Of a stretch of DNA of 62,933 nucleotides, positions 1-10,478 are shown in pieces. The position numbers and the translations under genes are program-made. The stretch covers positions 1 to 62,933 of the forward strand of contig VGOE01000003.1 in assembly GCA_016876035.1 (NCBI GenBank). Direction: 5' to 3'. The first letter of the stretch is position 1; the number at the start of each line of letters is the position of its first letter. The notes under the pieces were generated by a model. It saw only the letters and a program-made list of their open reading frames with translations, made no database searches and had not been told where the DNA came from. The stretch is from Chloroflexota bacterium (GTDB taxonomy: Bacteria; Chloroflexota; Dehalococcoidia; UBA2247; RBG-13-53-26).

Positions 1-124
1 ACTGGGTGTAGGCAATCTGATGGCGTCGGCATACCTCGCTTATCGTGGCCCCCGACCCCCTCCCCTCCTCCACTACCCTCAGCTTCTCTTCAGCACTCAT
101 GTGCCTACCTTGACTTCTCTCCAC
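1..124 (-). mobile_element. IS3-family-like transposase OrfA, 5' part (runs off left edge)
   Basis: Manual translation from GTG at 124: MERSQGRHMSAEEKLRVVEEGRGSGATISEVCRRHQIAYTQ, an HTH_Tnp_1-type pattern. SD GGAGGGAG and TATAAT (148-153) lie upstream; a possible TG- IS end is near 174. Not in the ORF track. Confidence 0.75.
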
Positions 125-926
125 AGTATTACTCCCTCCTATCGATCATTATACTTCCCCAGGAGGGCCTAACATTTTTCCTCAAAGCTGATTGTCCGAC
201 TTCCATTGAAGCACAACAAGATGTTCCCCATCATGCTTCTTAGCGCGACGGCTCCCGCTTTTGTTTCGTGCAGAGGGCAAGGTGATAACAGTGTTAGTCT
301 GGAACCACCAGCCACGAAGTTAGACCAAAGTCCAGGATGCCCAGGGCAGTAGGGACGTCCGCCTCAAGATTCCGGGGAGTGAAGTCCCTGTATCAACCCC
401 AATCGAGCATAGCGACGGTTCACTCGAATTAGCTGCTAACCTTGAGTGCGGCTAAAGGTGACGCGGCAGCGAGATGGTGTTTCTCTTTGCCTAGCGCCTT
501 TGGGAGAACACCAACTTCGTCCAGACACGATTCCAGCAGAGTGTTGCCCCATGTGGCGTACCAACCACAACAGATCACCTATCCCCTTGACGGCCAGGGG
601 AATATCGTATATCATGGGCGCAAACAAGAAAGGGGCAATATAATAAGTTCAGCCAGCGACCGGGCAGAGCATTCCTTCATCAGTAACATCTGAAGTGGAG
701 ATTCTGGTTCAGGAGCCTGTTTCAGTAGTGCCGGTGTCGTGCCCGAGTCAGACTGTTCTCCAGCCTCCGGTAGCTTCGGGCGAACGTTAGACGCACACTC
801 TTTGAGTCTTTGTTCGTGTTGCACCAGGTGCATAGGTATCGTTAGTGGAACCAGAAATGTGATAGTTACTATAGTCATAGTGGTGAACAGGGATAAGTAT
901 AGGTTATTCTTGAAAGGAGACGTGAC

Positions 927-3077
927 ATGAATTCTGAGAAGCGGGTGCAAATAATCGCCAGTGATTCTGGTGGCACCATGACCGACATGATGGTAGTGGA
1001 CACAGAGGGAAATTTCGCTATTGGCAAGGCGGCGACCACACCTCAAGATCAATCCCTGGGTTTCTGGGAATCTGTAGCCGATGCGCTGGAACACTGGGAA
1101 ATAGATTTCAACAAAGAGGCTAAGAATATCCTGCCGGGCGTGGAGGCCGCCGTCTACAGTGGCACTACTATGATGAATGCCGTTCTCACCGCGACAGGCC
1201 GGAAGGTTGGAGTGATCTACCAGCGTGGTGATGAAGATGTCTTCCTTCATGAGCGCAGCGCCGGTAAGTGGAAGGGGTACTCATACCAGGACACTCTCCA
1301 CCACGTTACTCATCATGGTAATAGTCCCCTGGTTCCGCGTCGCTTGGTGAAGGGGGTCGAAGGCCGCATAGACATGTTCGGGGCCGAGGCCATTCCTTTG
1401 TATGCAGATATGGCCCGAAAAGCTGTGGAAGAGTTGCTGGGCGAGAACGTAGACGCTATCGTTGTCTGCCTCTTGCAGTCTTTCATCAACCCGGCACACG
1501 AGCTAAGAGTCGCTGAAATAGCCGAGGAGGTGATGACCAAACGTGGCCAGAAGGTGCCGCTATATTTGTCTCATCGATTGTGCCCGATCATGAGAGAAGT
1601 GGGCCGCCTGAATACAGTGGTGCTTCATGCCTATGTGGCCGAGCCTGGACGCGAACAGCTTTTCAAAATAGAGAAAAGGCTACAGGGTGCTGGCTACAAG
1701 CACCCCCTGCAGATAGTGCTGGCGCATGGCGGTCTGAGTAACATTCGTTACCCACGCCTGTATGAAGGGGTCTTCTCTGGGCCTATTGGCGGCCTGATGG
1801 GTGCCCGTTATCTGTCCAAGGCCATAGGTATTGACAACTGGGTCTGCTCCGACATGGGGGGGACCAGCTTTGATGTGGGCCTTATCAGGGGAGGGCAGCC
1901 GCTCATCGATCGCGAGGTGGTCGTCAACCGCAGGATCTATAACATTCCGACTTTGCAGATGGATAGCATAGGGGCGGGGACCGGCATGTACGTTACCATA
2001 GACCCGATTACGAAAAGGATAAATATTGGTCCGGAAAGTGCTGGGGCCGACCCTGGTCCTGTCTGCTATGAGATGGGCAACGAAATCCCCACGGTCATGG
2101 ATTGTGTGCTGATAATGGGAATTCTCAACCCTGATTACTATCTGGGAGGCAAGAAGAAGCTTAACAAACAGAAGGCTCTCAAAGCGGTTAAGGAGAAATG
2201 CGCCGATCCACTGGGTGTTGATGTCTATTATCTTGCTGATGGGGTGTGCAAGCTGATTAACAGCAGAATGAAGGAGCATATCAGATCCGTGCTCTACGCT
2301 CGAGGTTTCTCGCCGGCGGGCTTCAATCTATTGTGCTATGGTGGGGCGGGCCCCATGCACCTAGCTGGATACACTGAGGACCTGCCGTTCCACGGGGTGG
2401 CCACTATGCCCTGGGCTGCGGGATTCTCTTCCTTTGGCTGTGCCGTCGAGGACATCAGCCACCGTTATCAGAAGTCAACCCACGTCCTCATCCCGTATGA
2501 AGCTGACGATGCCTACAAGCTAATGATGGGGCAGATGATGCTGAATACTGGCTGGGAAGAACTGGAGAAGCAGGCGGCTGCGGATTTCACAGCCGAGGGT
2601 TTGCCATGGAAGCAAGCAAGCACCCAGCAGATCGCCTACGTGCGCTATGGCGGGCAGTTGGAAGACCTCGAGGTGATCTCGCCTGTGTCGCGTATTAACA
2701 GTTCCGAAGATATGGATAAACTTCTGGCGGCCTTCGAGGCTCTGTATGAGAGGGTATATGCTGGCGTGGCCAAGCATGAGCGGGCGGGTTTTCAAATCCT
2801 GGAGTTGGGACTCACGGCCAGTGTCCCAAAAGTCAAACCCAAGCTGGTGAAGCGACCGCTGGAGGGTAGGAAACCGCCTCGTGAGGCGATAAAGGGAGAG
2901 AGGGAGGTCTACTACAATGGGGTGTGGGAAAGGGCCGCCATATATGAGATGGACAAGCTGAGGCCAGGAAACGAAGTCAGCGGATTGGCTGTGGTCGAGG
3001 CTCCTGCTACCACCCTCTTCCTGCCTCCCGGAAGACGAATTAGGATGGACGAATGGACATTGATGTGGCTTACGTAA
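927..3077 (+). CDS. acxA: Acetone carboxylase beta subunit-like (hydantoinase/oxoprolinase A family)
   Basis: 716 aa; DSGGTMTD..GKAATTP, SGPIGG, DMGGTSFD, SAGADPGPVCY and GGAGPMH motifs; SD AAGGAG. Confidence 0.85.
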   Translation: MNSEKRVQIIASDSGGTMTDMMVVDTEGNFAIGKAATTPQDQSLGFWESVADALEHWEIDFNKEAKNILPGVEAAVYSGTTMMNAVLTATGRKVGVIYQRGDEDVFLHERSAGKWKGYSYQDTLHHVTHHGNSPLVPRRLVKGVEGRIDMFGAEAIPLYADMARKAVEELLGENVDAIVVCLLQSFINPAHELRVAEIAEEVMTKRGQKVPLYLSHRLCPIMREVGRLNTVVLHAYVAEPGREQLFKIEKRLQGAGYKHPLQIVLAHGGLSNIRYPRLYEGVFSGPIGGLMGARYLSKAIGIDNWVCSDMGGTSFDVGLIRGGQPLIDREVVVNRRIYNIPTLQMDSIGAGTGMYVTIDPITKRINIGPESAGADPGPVCYEMGNEIPTVMDCVLIMGILNPDYYLGGKKKLNKQKALKAVKEKCADPLGVDVYYLADGVCKLINSRMKEHIRSVLYARGFSPAGFNLLCYGGAGPMHLAGYTEDLPFHGVATMPWAAGFSSFGCAVEDISHRYQKSTHVLIPYEADDAYKLMMGQMMLNTGWEELEKQAAADFTAEGLPWKQASTQQIAYVRYGGQLEDLEVISPVSRINSSEDMDKLLAAFEALYERVYAGVAKHERAGFQILELGLTASVPKVKPKLVKRPLEGRKPPREAIKGEREVYYNGVWERAAIYEMDKLRPGNEVSGLAVVEAPATTLFLPPGRRIRMDEWTLMWLT

Positions 3078-3117
3078 CGCTTCTCACGACAGAAATGATT
3101 TCTATAAGGAGGTCAAG

Positions 3118-5322
3118 GTGGCTAAACGTACCAAACGTAAGGGAATAGGAGATGGCGGGAGAACCCTTAAGCAGATGCTTGAGGATAACAGAAGGCTTCT
3201 AAGGGAGACAGGCTGTTATGCTGGCATAACTGAGCCTCATGTGTTAAGAGATGACCCGGTCAAGGCTGAGCTTTTTCAGTGGCGCCTGCTATCGTCGCTC
3301 ATATCCGGCCGCCAGACTGCCAGAATGATCTCTGGGTCGCCGTATGTTCGCGAGATGGCCGAGCTCTGCATGGGCCTCTACACGCCGGAAGGCGACAATG
3401 TGCTCCAATCTACCGGAATCCAGGTGCATGTCCGCCTGATGGGGGACAACGTAACCTGGATGATAGGAAACAACTATGAGGAAGATGTAGGGATAAACGA
3501 GGGCGACTTATTTGTGGCCAATGACCCAGTGATAGCTGGTGTACATTCGGTGGACGTCTATGACATTATGCCTATCTTTTGGGAGGATGGGCTTGTTGCC
3601 TGGGTGATTACTGTGATCCACGAAATGGACTGTGGGGGAGTCAGCCCGGGCTGTATGCCTGTCACTGCTGTGGAGCGGGGTGCAGATGGCCTGAAGTTCT
3701 GCTGCGAAAAGATGGGAACCGATGACAAGATCAGGCGTGATTTTGAGATCAAGATAGAGATATCGCTTGACCTTGCTGCTCACTTCCTCTTGGATCGCAA
3801 AAGCGCTGTTGCCTCCAATATCCGTGTCCGGGAAGAAGTTAAGAACATCATACGGGAATATGGCGTGGACTACTTCAAGAAAGCTACAAGGGAGCTTATC
3901 GAGGAAGAGCGGCGTAACCAGATCGCCCGCATAAAGCAGCGCACTGTTCCGGGGCGCTACCGTGATGTGGTGCCATTGGAACTCTACATGGCCCGGGTGC
4001 CAGTATCCTGGCTGCCAGCCAAGAAGGATGTCCTGCGGTTAATCCCTATGCAGATGGATATCCTACCCGAAGGCCGCCTGGTACTTGATTTCGATGGAGC
4101 AGGTGAGTGGGGCTGGCACTCCATGAATGTAACGCCAAAAGGCCTCTGGGGCGGGCTGTCCATATGTATTGTGCAGGCATTGTCTTATGACGGCCGTGGT
4201 AACCTAGGGTCCCTCCTGCCTTGTGAGATAAAGACGCCGACCGTTGACTCCATTCTTAATCCCAGCCAGATTAAGAAGTTGGCTACAAATTATCCGTGGG
4301 CACCGAAGTTAGATATCTTTAGCTTGTGGTGTGGCACGCTGGGTACTGCCTTTTACATGCGCGGCTTCAGAGAAGAAGTGTTCAACTGCGTGTCCAGCTC
4401 CGGGTGGCAACTGGCTGGGTACGACCAGTTTGGAAACAAGCGGCCCATGCAGGCTGGCGGAATTGGCAACTTTGGAGGCGGTGCCACCGGAGTAGGCGAC
4501 GGGGTGGATACTGGGGCTTGGATGGCTACCCCTGAGACGGATTTGGGCAACTGGGAGGTGTGGGAGCTGTTTGTGCCTCAGCTATTCATGTCCAGGATAC
4601 TTGAACCATATTCGGTGGGTTACGGCAGGTACCGCTCTGGCGTAGCTATACCGAGCATGGATATGCTTCACAGGTTTAGCGAGGGGATAGGCAGTGCTGC
4701 TATCGGTTGTGGTCATGATCGTATCCTGCCTAACATCGGCTTGTTCGGTGGATACCCTGGAGGAAAGCGGAACACCTTCCTCGTCCGCTACCACAACTTC
4801 GAGGATATGATTGCCAAGAGGCTGCCATTGATCCACGAGATAGGTAATCCACGGGAGTTCAAGAACCAGAAGTACGCTGACGTGATCTACTTTGACTACA
4901 CGGTAGGCGCAGTCGAGGTTCGTGACAAAGACTTGACTGTCGCGGATAACGGATCGGCAGGTGGTCTTGGCGATCCCATTGAAAGGGATCCGGCACTTCA
5001 GAAGGCAGACCTGGACACTGGTCTCACCAACGCGGAGATCAGCAGGAATGTGTACTGCATTGAGGCTCGCTATGACGAGAAAGCGAAAGAATGGAAAATC
5101 GACGAGGGAGCCACCAAGAAACTGCGTGAAGCGAAGCGCAAGGAACGCTTGTCCAGAGGAGTGCCAGTGGAGGTGTGGTGGCAGACGTCCCGACAACGTG
5201 TGCTAAAGAAGAACATGGACCCGCTTCTTATTGAAATGTACCACAGCAGTATGAAGCTAAGTCAGAAGTTCACACAGGAGTTCAAGGACTTCTGGAGTTT
5301 GCCTGACGATTTCGCTCTATGA
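3118..5322 (+). CDS. acxB: Acetone carboxylase alpha subunit-like (hydantoinase B family), divergent
   Basis: 734 aa; N-terminal GG.TLKQ, SP.V.E..ELC..LY, VHSVD, VIHEMD, GEWGWH, PE.D.G..E.WE and GGLGDPIERDP; C-terminal F..FWSLP; GTG start with SD AAGGAGG. Confidence 0.8.
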   Translation: MAKRTKRKGIGDGGRTLKQMLEDNRRLLRETGCYAGITEPHVLRDDPVKAELFQWRLLSSLISGRQTARMISGSPYVREMAELCMGLYTPEGDNVLQSTGIQVHVRLMGDNVTWMIGNNYEEDVGINEGDLFVANDPVIAGVHSVDVYDIMPIFWEDGLVAWVITVIHEMDCGGVSPGCMPVTAVERGADGLKFCCEKMGTDDKIRRDFEIKIEISLDLAAHFLLDRKSAVASNIRVREEVKNIIREYGVDYFKKATRELIEEERRNQIARIKQRTVPGRYRDVVPLELYMARVPVSWLPAKKDVLRLIPMQMDILPEGRLVLDFDGAGEWGWHSMNVTPKGLWGGLSICIVQALSYDGRGNLGSLLPCEIKTPTVDSILNPSQIKKLATNYPWAPKLDIFSLWCGTLGTAFYMRGFREEVFNCVSSSGWQLAGYDQFGNKRPMQAGGIGNFGGGATGVGDGVDTGAWMATPETDLGNWEVWELFVPQLFMSRILEPYSVGYGRYRSGVAIPSMDMLHRFSEGIGSAAIGCGHDRILPNIGLFGGYPGGKRNTFLVRYHNFEDMIAKRLPLIHEIGNPREFKNQKYADVIYFDYTVGAVEVRDKDLTVADNGSAGGLGDPIERDPALQKADLDTGLTNAEISRNVYCIEARYDEKAKEWKIDEGATKKLREAKRKERLSRGVPVEVWWQTSRQRVLKKNMDPLLIEMYHSSMKLSQKFTQEFKDFWSLPDDFAL

Positions 5323-5331
5323 GGTGAAGAG

Positions 5332-5892
5332 ATGGAATATAGCAAACAGGATTTGAAAGACCTATACGACGGCAAGCTTCCTTGGGAGAAGGTCAAGGAG
5401 ATCATGAGTCGGCCCAAGGACGACGACCGGTTTGACAAGTATGTCGAGATACTCCAAGAGCGCGTGAAATGGCCCGAGAGAATTCTGCTGCCGATCGGAG
5501 AGCACCTCTACATCGTTGAAAAGGGTGGAGAGCGGATTGTGAAATGCGATTGCGGACACGAGTTCGGTGACTACAGACGGAACTGGAAGCTGAGCGCTCT
5601 CATCTTTGCAAGAGACACCCGTGAGAAGCTGGAAGAGATATATCCAGGTGTAAGGTGCCCTGACCCAAACTTTTGTGAAGTACGAGAGTATTGTTGTCCT
5701 GGCTGCGCTAGCCTACTCAAGGTGGAGAGCGTACCGGTGGGCTACCCGATCATTTTTGATTTTCTTCCGGACATAGACGCTTTCTATCGCGACTGGCTTG
5801 GAAGACCTCTTTCGAACGAGAAGGAGTTCAAAGATGTGAGCTACGGGGTCACCAGGGAATGGGGCCGGCAGCATGATCGGACCTGCCGCTGA
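5332..5892 (+). CDS. acxC: Acetone carboxylase gamma subunit-like
   Basis: 186 aa; CDCGHEFG...NWK and REYCCPGC Zn motifs, P.GYP.IFDF.PDID.FY..WLG. Confidence 0.85.
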   Translation: MEYSKQDLKDLYDGKLPWEKVKEIMSRPKDDDRFDKYVEILQERVKWPERILLPIGEHLYIVEKGGERIVKCDCGHEFGDYRRNWKLSALIFARDTREKLEEIYPGVRCPDPNFCEVREYCCPGCASLLKVESVPVGYPIIFDFLPDIDAFYRDWLGRPLSNEKEFKDVSYGVTREWGRQHDRTCR

Positions 5893-6211
5893 GGAATCTC
5901 GACAGAAAAGTGATAGGTCTTAAGCAGGTATAGCCTGCAAACCGATTGTGCGTCAACAGGCGGTTGATTAAGAGGTCGCCAGGGCTTAGCCTCGGATGTG
6001 ATTCGGGTAAGAGAGCAGAAGATGAAACTGCTTCTATGGAGCGGAAGAGGCTGTTTACAAAATGGTCGTTATTTTGAGGACTTTTGGGACCTGCGTGAAG
6101 CTAAGAGACTTCAGAAACCCCGAAGAAGTTGCAGATGAAGAAGCTTAGAGGTGCTCAAAATCAAAGCTAAATTGAGAACTAAACAGCCCATAGAAGGGAG
6201 GGAGGAGAGAC

Positions 6212-7432
6212 GTGAGCCGTATTGCGAAAACCGTAACGGTGTTGCTGCTGGTCCCGGTGCTTCTGGCGGGTCTTTTCGTAGGCTGTGCTAATGGTAAAGA
6301 AGCCGAAGGTGTGACCATCACCATAGGAGAACTGACTGATCTTACAGGGCCAGCCTCGACCGCCTTGAGGCCAATACACTATGTAATTGAGGATGTAATC
6401 AGGCACTACAATGATGAAGCAGTCATCCCTGGGGTGAAAATAAAGCTGGCTACTTATAATACCCATTATGACCCTGCCAGGACACTGCCTGGGTGGGACT
6501 GGCTGAAAGGCAAGGGAGCAAAGTTTGTGATCACAATAATGGCAGCGGATGCTTTGCTGCTGAAGTCTCGTGCTGAAGAAGAGAAGACGCCGATAAGTTG
6601 CATGGGTACAACTATAGAACTGTTGGAGCCTCCTGGATGGGTATTTTCCTTCTCCACTACGCCTGGATGGAATACCAAGACTATCCTGAAATGGATTGCA
6701 GAGCATGAATGGGATGGCCAACAGCCTGCCAAAATTGGCTATTGTGGTTGGGCGCAGCCCCACGACCAAGAAGTAGCGAAAGCGATGAGGGAGTATTGCC
6801 AGGAGTACCAGGGGCAGTTTGAGCTCGTCGGTACCTATCTGCCACCTGTGGGAACAATGTCCTTCGTAAGTGAGGCACAGAAGTTGAAGGGTTGTGATTA
6901 CGTGTTCTCGGTGGCAGGAATGGCCGTTGGAAATGTCATGAGGGACTACTTCGCTGTGGGTGGCAAGGGAAAGCTTGTGGATCCGGTGGGTGTCCTGTCC
7001 GCTGACCAGGGTTATCTCAGTGACCTGCTCGGCTGGAGTGCCATCGACGGATGGCTGACCATTCTTACGGCTCTAACCTTTACGACTCGTACAAGCATAA
7101 CCACCTTCCTGTATGACCTGCTTCGCAGATATCGCTCCCCGGCGCAGGTGGAGAGAATCATGCACGATGGCGGCTACGCTGCGCCGGGTCACCAGGTGAT
7201 TCCGATGCTCGAAGTTCTGAAGAAGGCAGCGCAAGAGGTGGGGATCGAGAACCTTGACGGCCAAGCCTACTACAATGCAGCGCTGACATATAAGACAACG
7301 TGGGAGGACTACCCTGAATGGGGTTTCAGCAACACGAAGCGGTATTTGATGAATCAACTGGCGATACATAAATACAGCGCAGAGAAGAAGGACCTGGTCT
7401 GGGTTAGCGGATGGGAGCCCATTGTAAAATGA
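6212..7432 (+). CDS. Lipoprotein ABC-type solute-binding protein (LivJ/PBP1 fold), orphan
   Basis: Signal peptide with lipobox FVGC; TIGELTDLTGPAS and YNTHYDPAR motifs; paralog of 29352 and 33992. Confidence 0.8.
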   Translation: MSRIAKTVTVLLLVPVLLAGLFVGCANGKEAEGVTITIGELTDLTGPASTALRPIHYVIEDVIRHYNDEAVIPGVKIKLATYNTHYDPARTLPGWDWLKGKGAKFVITIMAADALLLKSRAEEEKTPISCMGTTIELLEPPGWVFSFSTTPGWNTKTILKWIAEHEWDGQQPAKIGYCGWAQPHDQEVAKAMREYCQEYQGQFELVGTYLPPVGTMSFVSEAQKLKGCDYVFSVAGMAVGNVMRDYFAVGGKGKLVDPVGVLSADQGYLSDLLGWSAIDGWLTILTALTFTTRTSITTFLYDLLRRYRSPAQVERIMHDGGYAAPGHQVIPMLEVLKKAAQEVGIENLDGQAYYNAALTYKTTWEDYPEWGFSNTKRYLMNQLAIHKYSAEKKDLVWVSGWEPIVK

Positions 7433-7447
7433 TCTAATGGGATTAGC

Positions 7448-7471
7448 CCTGAAAAAATTCCGTTTTTCAGG
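7448..7471 (+). terminator. Hairpin after SBP
   Basis: CCTGAAAAA-6nt-TTTTTCAGG, a perfect 9-bp inverted repeat 15 nt after the stop. Confidence 0.5.
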
Positions 7472-7479
7472 AGGCGACA

Positions 7480-7760
7480 GATTCGCTGGTGAGGGTCCGG
7501 GCATGTCTTCCACTGAAGATGTGGTTGGACTTCTTCAGGGAGAACCACAGTAGTCTGCGGGATGAAGGTAGTTCAAGGCTAAATGCGGCCGCTCCTCATC
7601 ATAATACCTCCCCACTCTCCCAAGAACTCCCGCCCTTGGTGGAACTTTCCCACCTCGCTATTGCCGAGGGCTTCCTCACCCACACTGCGGTGATAGCACT
7701 CCATCTTGCCATTGGACTCAGGATGCCTCACACAGATAGGCATTCCCCTGAGACCCAGAG
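7480..7760 (-). pseudogene. IS3-family transposase OrfB (integrase core) C-terminal remnant
   Basis: Manual translation: LGLRGMPICVRHPESNGKMECYHRSVGEE...W / RYYDEERPHLALNYLHPADYC / PEEV. This matches HPxSNGxxERxHRT and YNxxRxHxxLxYxxP, with two frameshifts and an upstream stop. Confidence 0.7.
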
Positions 7761-7808
7761 CCTACCTCGAGATGTTATAAATGTTTCTGCGCATTGAGCG
7801 GAATGGGT

Positions 7809-7838
7809 ATTGACATGATCCATATCAAGTGTTATAAT
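7809..7838 (+). promoter_or_regulatory. Sigma70 promoter of hspR-dnaK with overlapping HAIR-like operator
   Basis: TTGACA 7810-7815, 17 bp spacer, TATAAT 7833-7838. ATTGACA-N7-TATCAAG (7809-7829) has HAIR geometry (CTTGAGT-N7-ACTCAAG). Confidence 0.7.
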
Positions 7839-7890
7839 ATGAAAATGATAAGTCGGTGCGGGTAACTGCGCCGAAAGGACTCAAGGAAAG

Positions 7891-8235
7891 ATGAGAGAGG
7901 TTTCTGGCGTTTACGTCATGAGGGTAGCTTCGATGCTGACGGGGATGCACCCGCAGACCTTGCGTAGATATGAGCGAGTGGGGCTGGTGAGACCGTCGCG
8001 CAGTAATATGCTGCGGCTGTACTCGGACGAGGACGTTGCCCGCCTCAAAATGATTAAGCACCTGGTGGATGAGGTGGGGTTGAACCTGGCTGGCGTAGAA
8101 CTGGCGCTCACCATGTATGACAGTATCCTCGATATGAAGAGGGAACTGGCTGCGGCTGAGATTGATGGTGAGTTGGGACAGCGGCTGACGGATCTGCTCG
8201 ATGAGATGCTGGAGACTCTGGGGGTAGAGCAATAA
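7891..8235 (+). CDS. hspR: MerR-family heat-shock repressor HspR-like
   Basis: YVMRVASMLTGMHPQTLRRYERVGLVRPSR..RLYS..D...L..I..L..E.GLNLAGV; lies directly upstream of dnaK. Confidence 0.8.
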   Translation: MREVSGVYVMRVASMLTGMHPQTLRRYERVGLVRPSRSNMLRLYSDEDVARLKMIKHLVDEVGLNLAGVELALTMYDSILDMKRELAAAEIDGELGQRLTDLLDEMLETLGVEQ

Positions 8236-8300
8236 GCGGTACTCAACAAGACCGAGAACGAGTCGTAGCTGAATATACCCGATGACAAGGAGGCAAAGAG

Positions 8301-10208
8301 ATGGGAAAGGCTGTCGGAATTGATCTAGGAACTACTTTCAGTGAAGTGGCAGTGGTGCAGGGTGGGGAACCGGTGGTTATTCCTTCTGCTGAAGGCGGTA
8401 ACACCATTCCTTCGGTAGTGGCCATAAGCAAGACTGGGGAACGACTGGTAGGGCAAGTAGCCAGGCGTCAGGCGATCGTGAATCCAGAGAATACTGTTTA
8501 CAGCATCAAGAGATTCATGGGTCGTAGGTGGGGAGAGCCAGCGGGGCGAGAGTTGCCGGTGGAGGAAGATGCCCGCCGTAAGACCTACAAGGTGACGAAG
8601 GCACCTAACAACGATGTGCGGGTGTTGATGGGAGGCAAAGAGTACAGTCCGCCGGAAATATCGGCCATGATTCTGCAGAAGTTGAAGACAGATGCGGAGG
8701 CTTACCTGGGTGAGCCGGTCACGGACGCAGTGATCACGGTGCCGGCTTACTTCAATGACTCCCAACGGCAGGCAACCAAAGACGCTGGCAAAATCGCTGG
8801 TCTCAACGTGCTGAGAATAATCAATGAGCCAACGGCGGCCGCTCTGGCCTACGGATTGGATAAGAAGGGAGAGGAGAGGATCGCTGTCTATGACCTGGGT
8901 GGTGGTACCTTTGATATCTCTATTCTGGAGATTGGCGAGGGCACCTTCCAGGTCAAGTCTACCAGCGGTGATACTCATCTGGGTGGTGATGACTTTGACC
9001 AGAGAGTCATGGACTGGCTATGCGACGAGTACAAGCGAGACCAGGGTGTAGACCTGAGGCAGGATAAGATGGCTCTACAGCGGCTTAAGGAAGCTGCCGA
9101 GAAGGCCAAAATTGAGCTCTCCACCGTCCAGCAGACGGAGATAAACCTTCCCTTTATTACGGCTGATGCCAGCGGCCCGAAGCATCTGAACATTACCCTG
9201 ACTCGGGCGAAGCTGGAGCAGTTGGTAATGGACCTGGTGGATAAGACCCTGGGCCCCTGTCGCCAGGCCCTGACTGATGCTGGGAAGACCTCAGCCCAGA
9301 TTGACGAGGTGATCCTCGTTGGCGGTCAGACGAGAATGCCCCTGGTGCAGAAAAAGGTGAAGGAATTTTTCGGTAAAGAACCGAACAAGGGCGTTAACCC
9401 GGATGAGGTAGTAGCCATCGGGGCTGCTATCCAAGCCGGGGTTCTCAAGGGAGAGGTCAGGGATGTACTGCTTCTGGATGTGACCCCTCTTACCCTGGGT
9501 ATTGAAACCCTGGGTGGGGTGATGACACCGCTTATCACCCGCAATACCACCGTTCCCACCGCCAAGAGTGAGGTATTCACCACGGCAGCAGATAGCCAAC
9601 CCAGCGTGGAGATACATGTACTCCAGGGTGAGCGACCCATGGCGAAGGAGAACAAAACCATCGGACGTTTCATGCTGGATGGCATTCTGCCGGCACCGAG
9701 AGGCATGCCGCAGATCGAGGTCACCTTCGATATAGATGCCAACGGCATTCTGAACGTGTCGGCCAGAGATAAAGGCACCGGACGCGAACAAAAGATCACT
9801 ATCACGGCTTCCTCCGGTCTCTCCAAGGAAGAGGTGGAAAAGATGGTGCGGGAGGCGGAGTTACACGCTGATGAGGACCGCAGGAAGAGGGAAGAGGCGG
9901 AAACCAGGAACATGGCCGATAACATGGCCTACAACGCCGAGAAGACCATGCGGGAACAGGGCGACAAGATACCGGCCGACCTGCGCTCGGAAGTCGAGGG
10001 CAAGATCGCTGGAGTCCGCACGGCACTCCAGGGTACGGATGCCCAGCAGGTACGGCGCGCCGTGGATGAACTGCAAGCGTCGCTTCAGAAAGTGGGCGCC
10101 GCTGTCTACGGCCAGGCCGGTGCGGGTGCAGGCAGACCTCCTGGCGATGCACCTCCGGGGGAACCGCCGCCTGATGGCACGGTGGAAGGGGAGTTCAGAG
10201 AGGTATAA
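8301..10208 (+). CDS. dnaK: Chaperone DnaK (Hsp70)
   Basis: [42 protein letters not shown] and C-terminal EGEFREV. Confidence 0.98.
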   Translation: MGKAVGIDLGTTFSEVAVVQGGEPVVIPSAEGGNTIPSVVAISKTGERLVGQVARRQAIVNPENTVYSIKRFMGRRWGEPAGRELPVEEDARRKTYKVTKAPNNDVRVLMGGKEYSPPEISAMILQKLKTDAEAYLGEPVTDAVITVPAYFNDSQRQATKDAGKIAGLNVLRIINEPTAAALAYGLDKKGEERIAVYDLGGGTFDISILEIGEGTFQVKSTSGDTHLGGDDFDQRVMDWLCDEYKRDQGVDLRQDKMALQRLKEAAEKAKIELSTVQQTEINLPFITADASGPKHLNITLTRAKLEQLVMDLVDKTLGPCRQALTDAGKTSAQIDEVILVGGQTRMPLVQKKVKEFFGKEPNKGVNPDEVVAIGAAIQAGVLKGEVRDVLLLDVTPLTLGIETLGGVMTPLITRNTTVPTAKSEVFTTAADSQPSVEIHVLQGERPMAKENKTIGRFMLDGILPAPRGMPQIEVTFDIDANGILNVSARDKGTGREQKITITASSGLSKEEVEKMVREAELHADEDRRKREEAETRNMADNMAYNAEKTMREQGDKIPADLRSEVEGKIAGVRTALQGTDAQQVRRAVDELQASLQKVGAAVYGQAGAGAGRPPGDAPPGEPPPDGTVEGEFREV

Positions 10209-10351
10209 GGCCGGCTTCCCCGTGTGAAACTTCCATCACAGGCAGGTTTCTAGTTCCTGCGGTATAGTAGCCTCAGAAGTCCCTGTGTGGCGTTGCCAGG
10301 AGGAGGCTAGCTCAAGACTCGTTACTTACGCTGGTGCTGCTGCATCGTCTG

Positions 10352-10394
10352 CGGTGACTCATATGTGAGGATTCCATCTGCATGTGAGTCACCG
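10352..10394. terminator. Strong hairpin between convergent dnaK and KamA-like genes
   Basis: CGGTGACTCATATG-15nt-CATGTGAGTCACCG, 13 of 14 pairs perfect plus one G-U. Confidence 0.5.
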
Positions 10395-10478
10395 TTCTCG
10401 CAACCGCTCCGGAATGGGAAAACCCCGAGTGACTGGTATTAGACTTGAATAGCAACGGCTCCCAGAAAGGCTTCCGTT

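Noticed and set aside
526-561. Minus-strand peptide VRHMGQHSAGIV resembling the DnaE RHxGxHAGGxV motif
   Set aside because: Only about 12 residues with no flanking support; likely chance.
612-1250. 212-aa minus-strand ORF and the many other antisense or overlapping ORFs in the track
   Set aside because: They are shadows of well-supported genes, with no recognisable motifs or SD sites.
8480-8660. DnaK insert [17 protein letters not shown]
   Set aside because: Falls in the known Hsp70 indel region; a lineage signature rather than a novelty.
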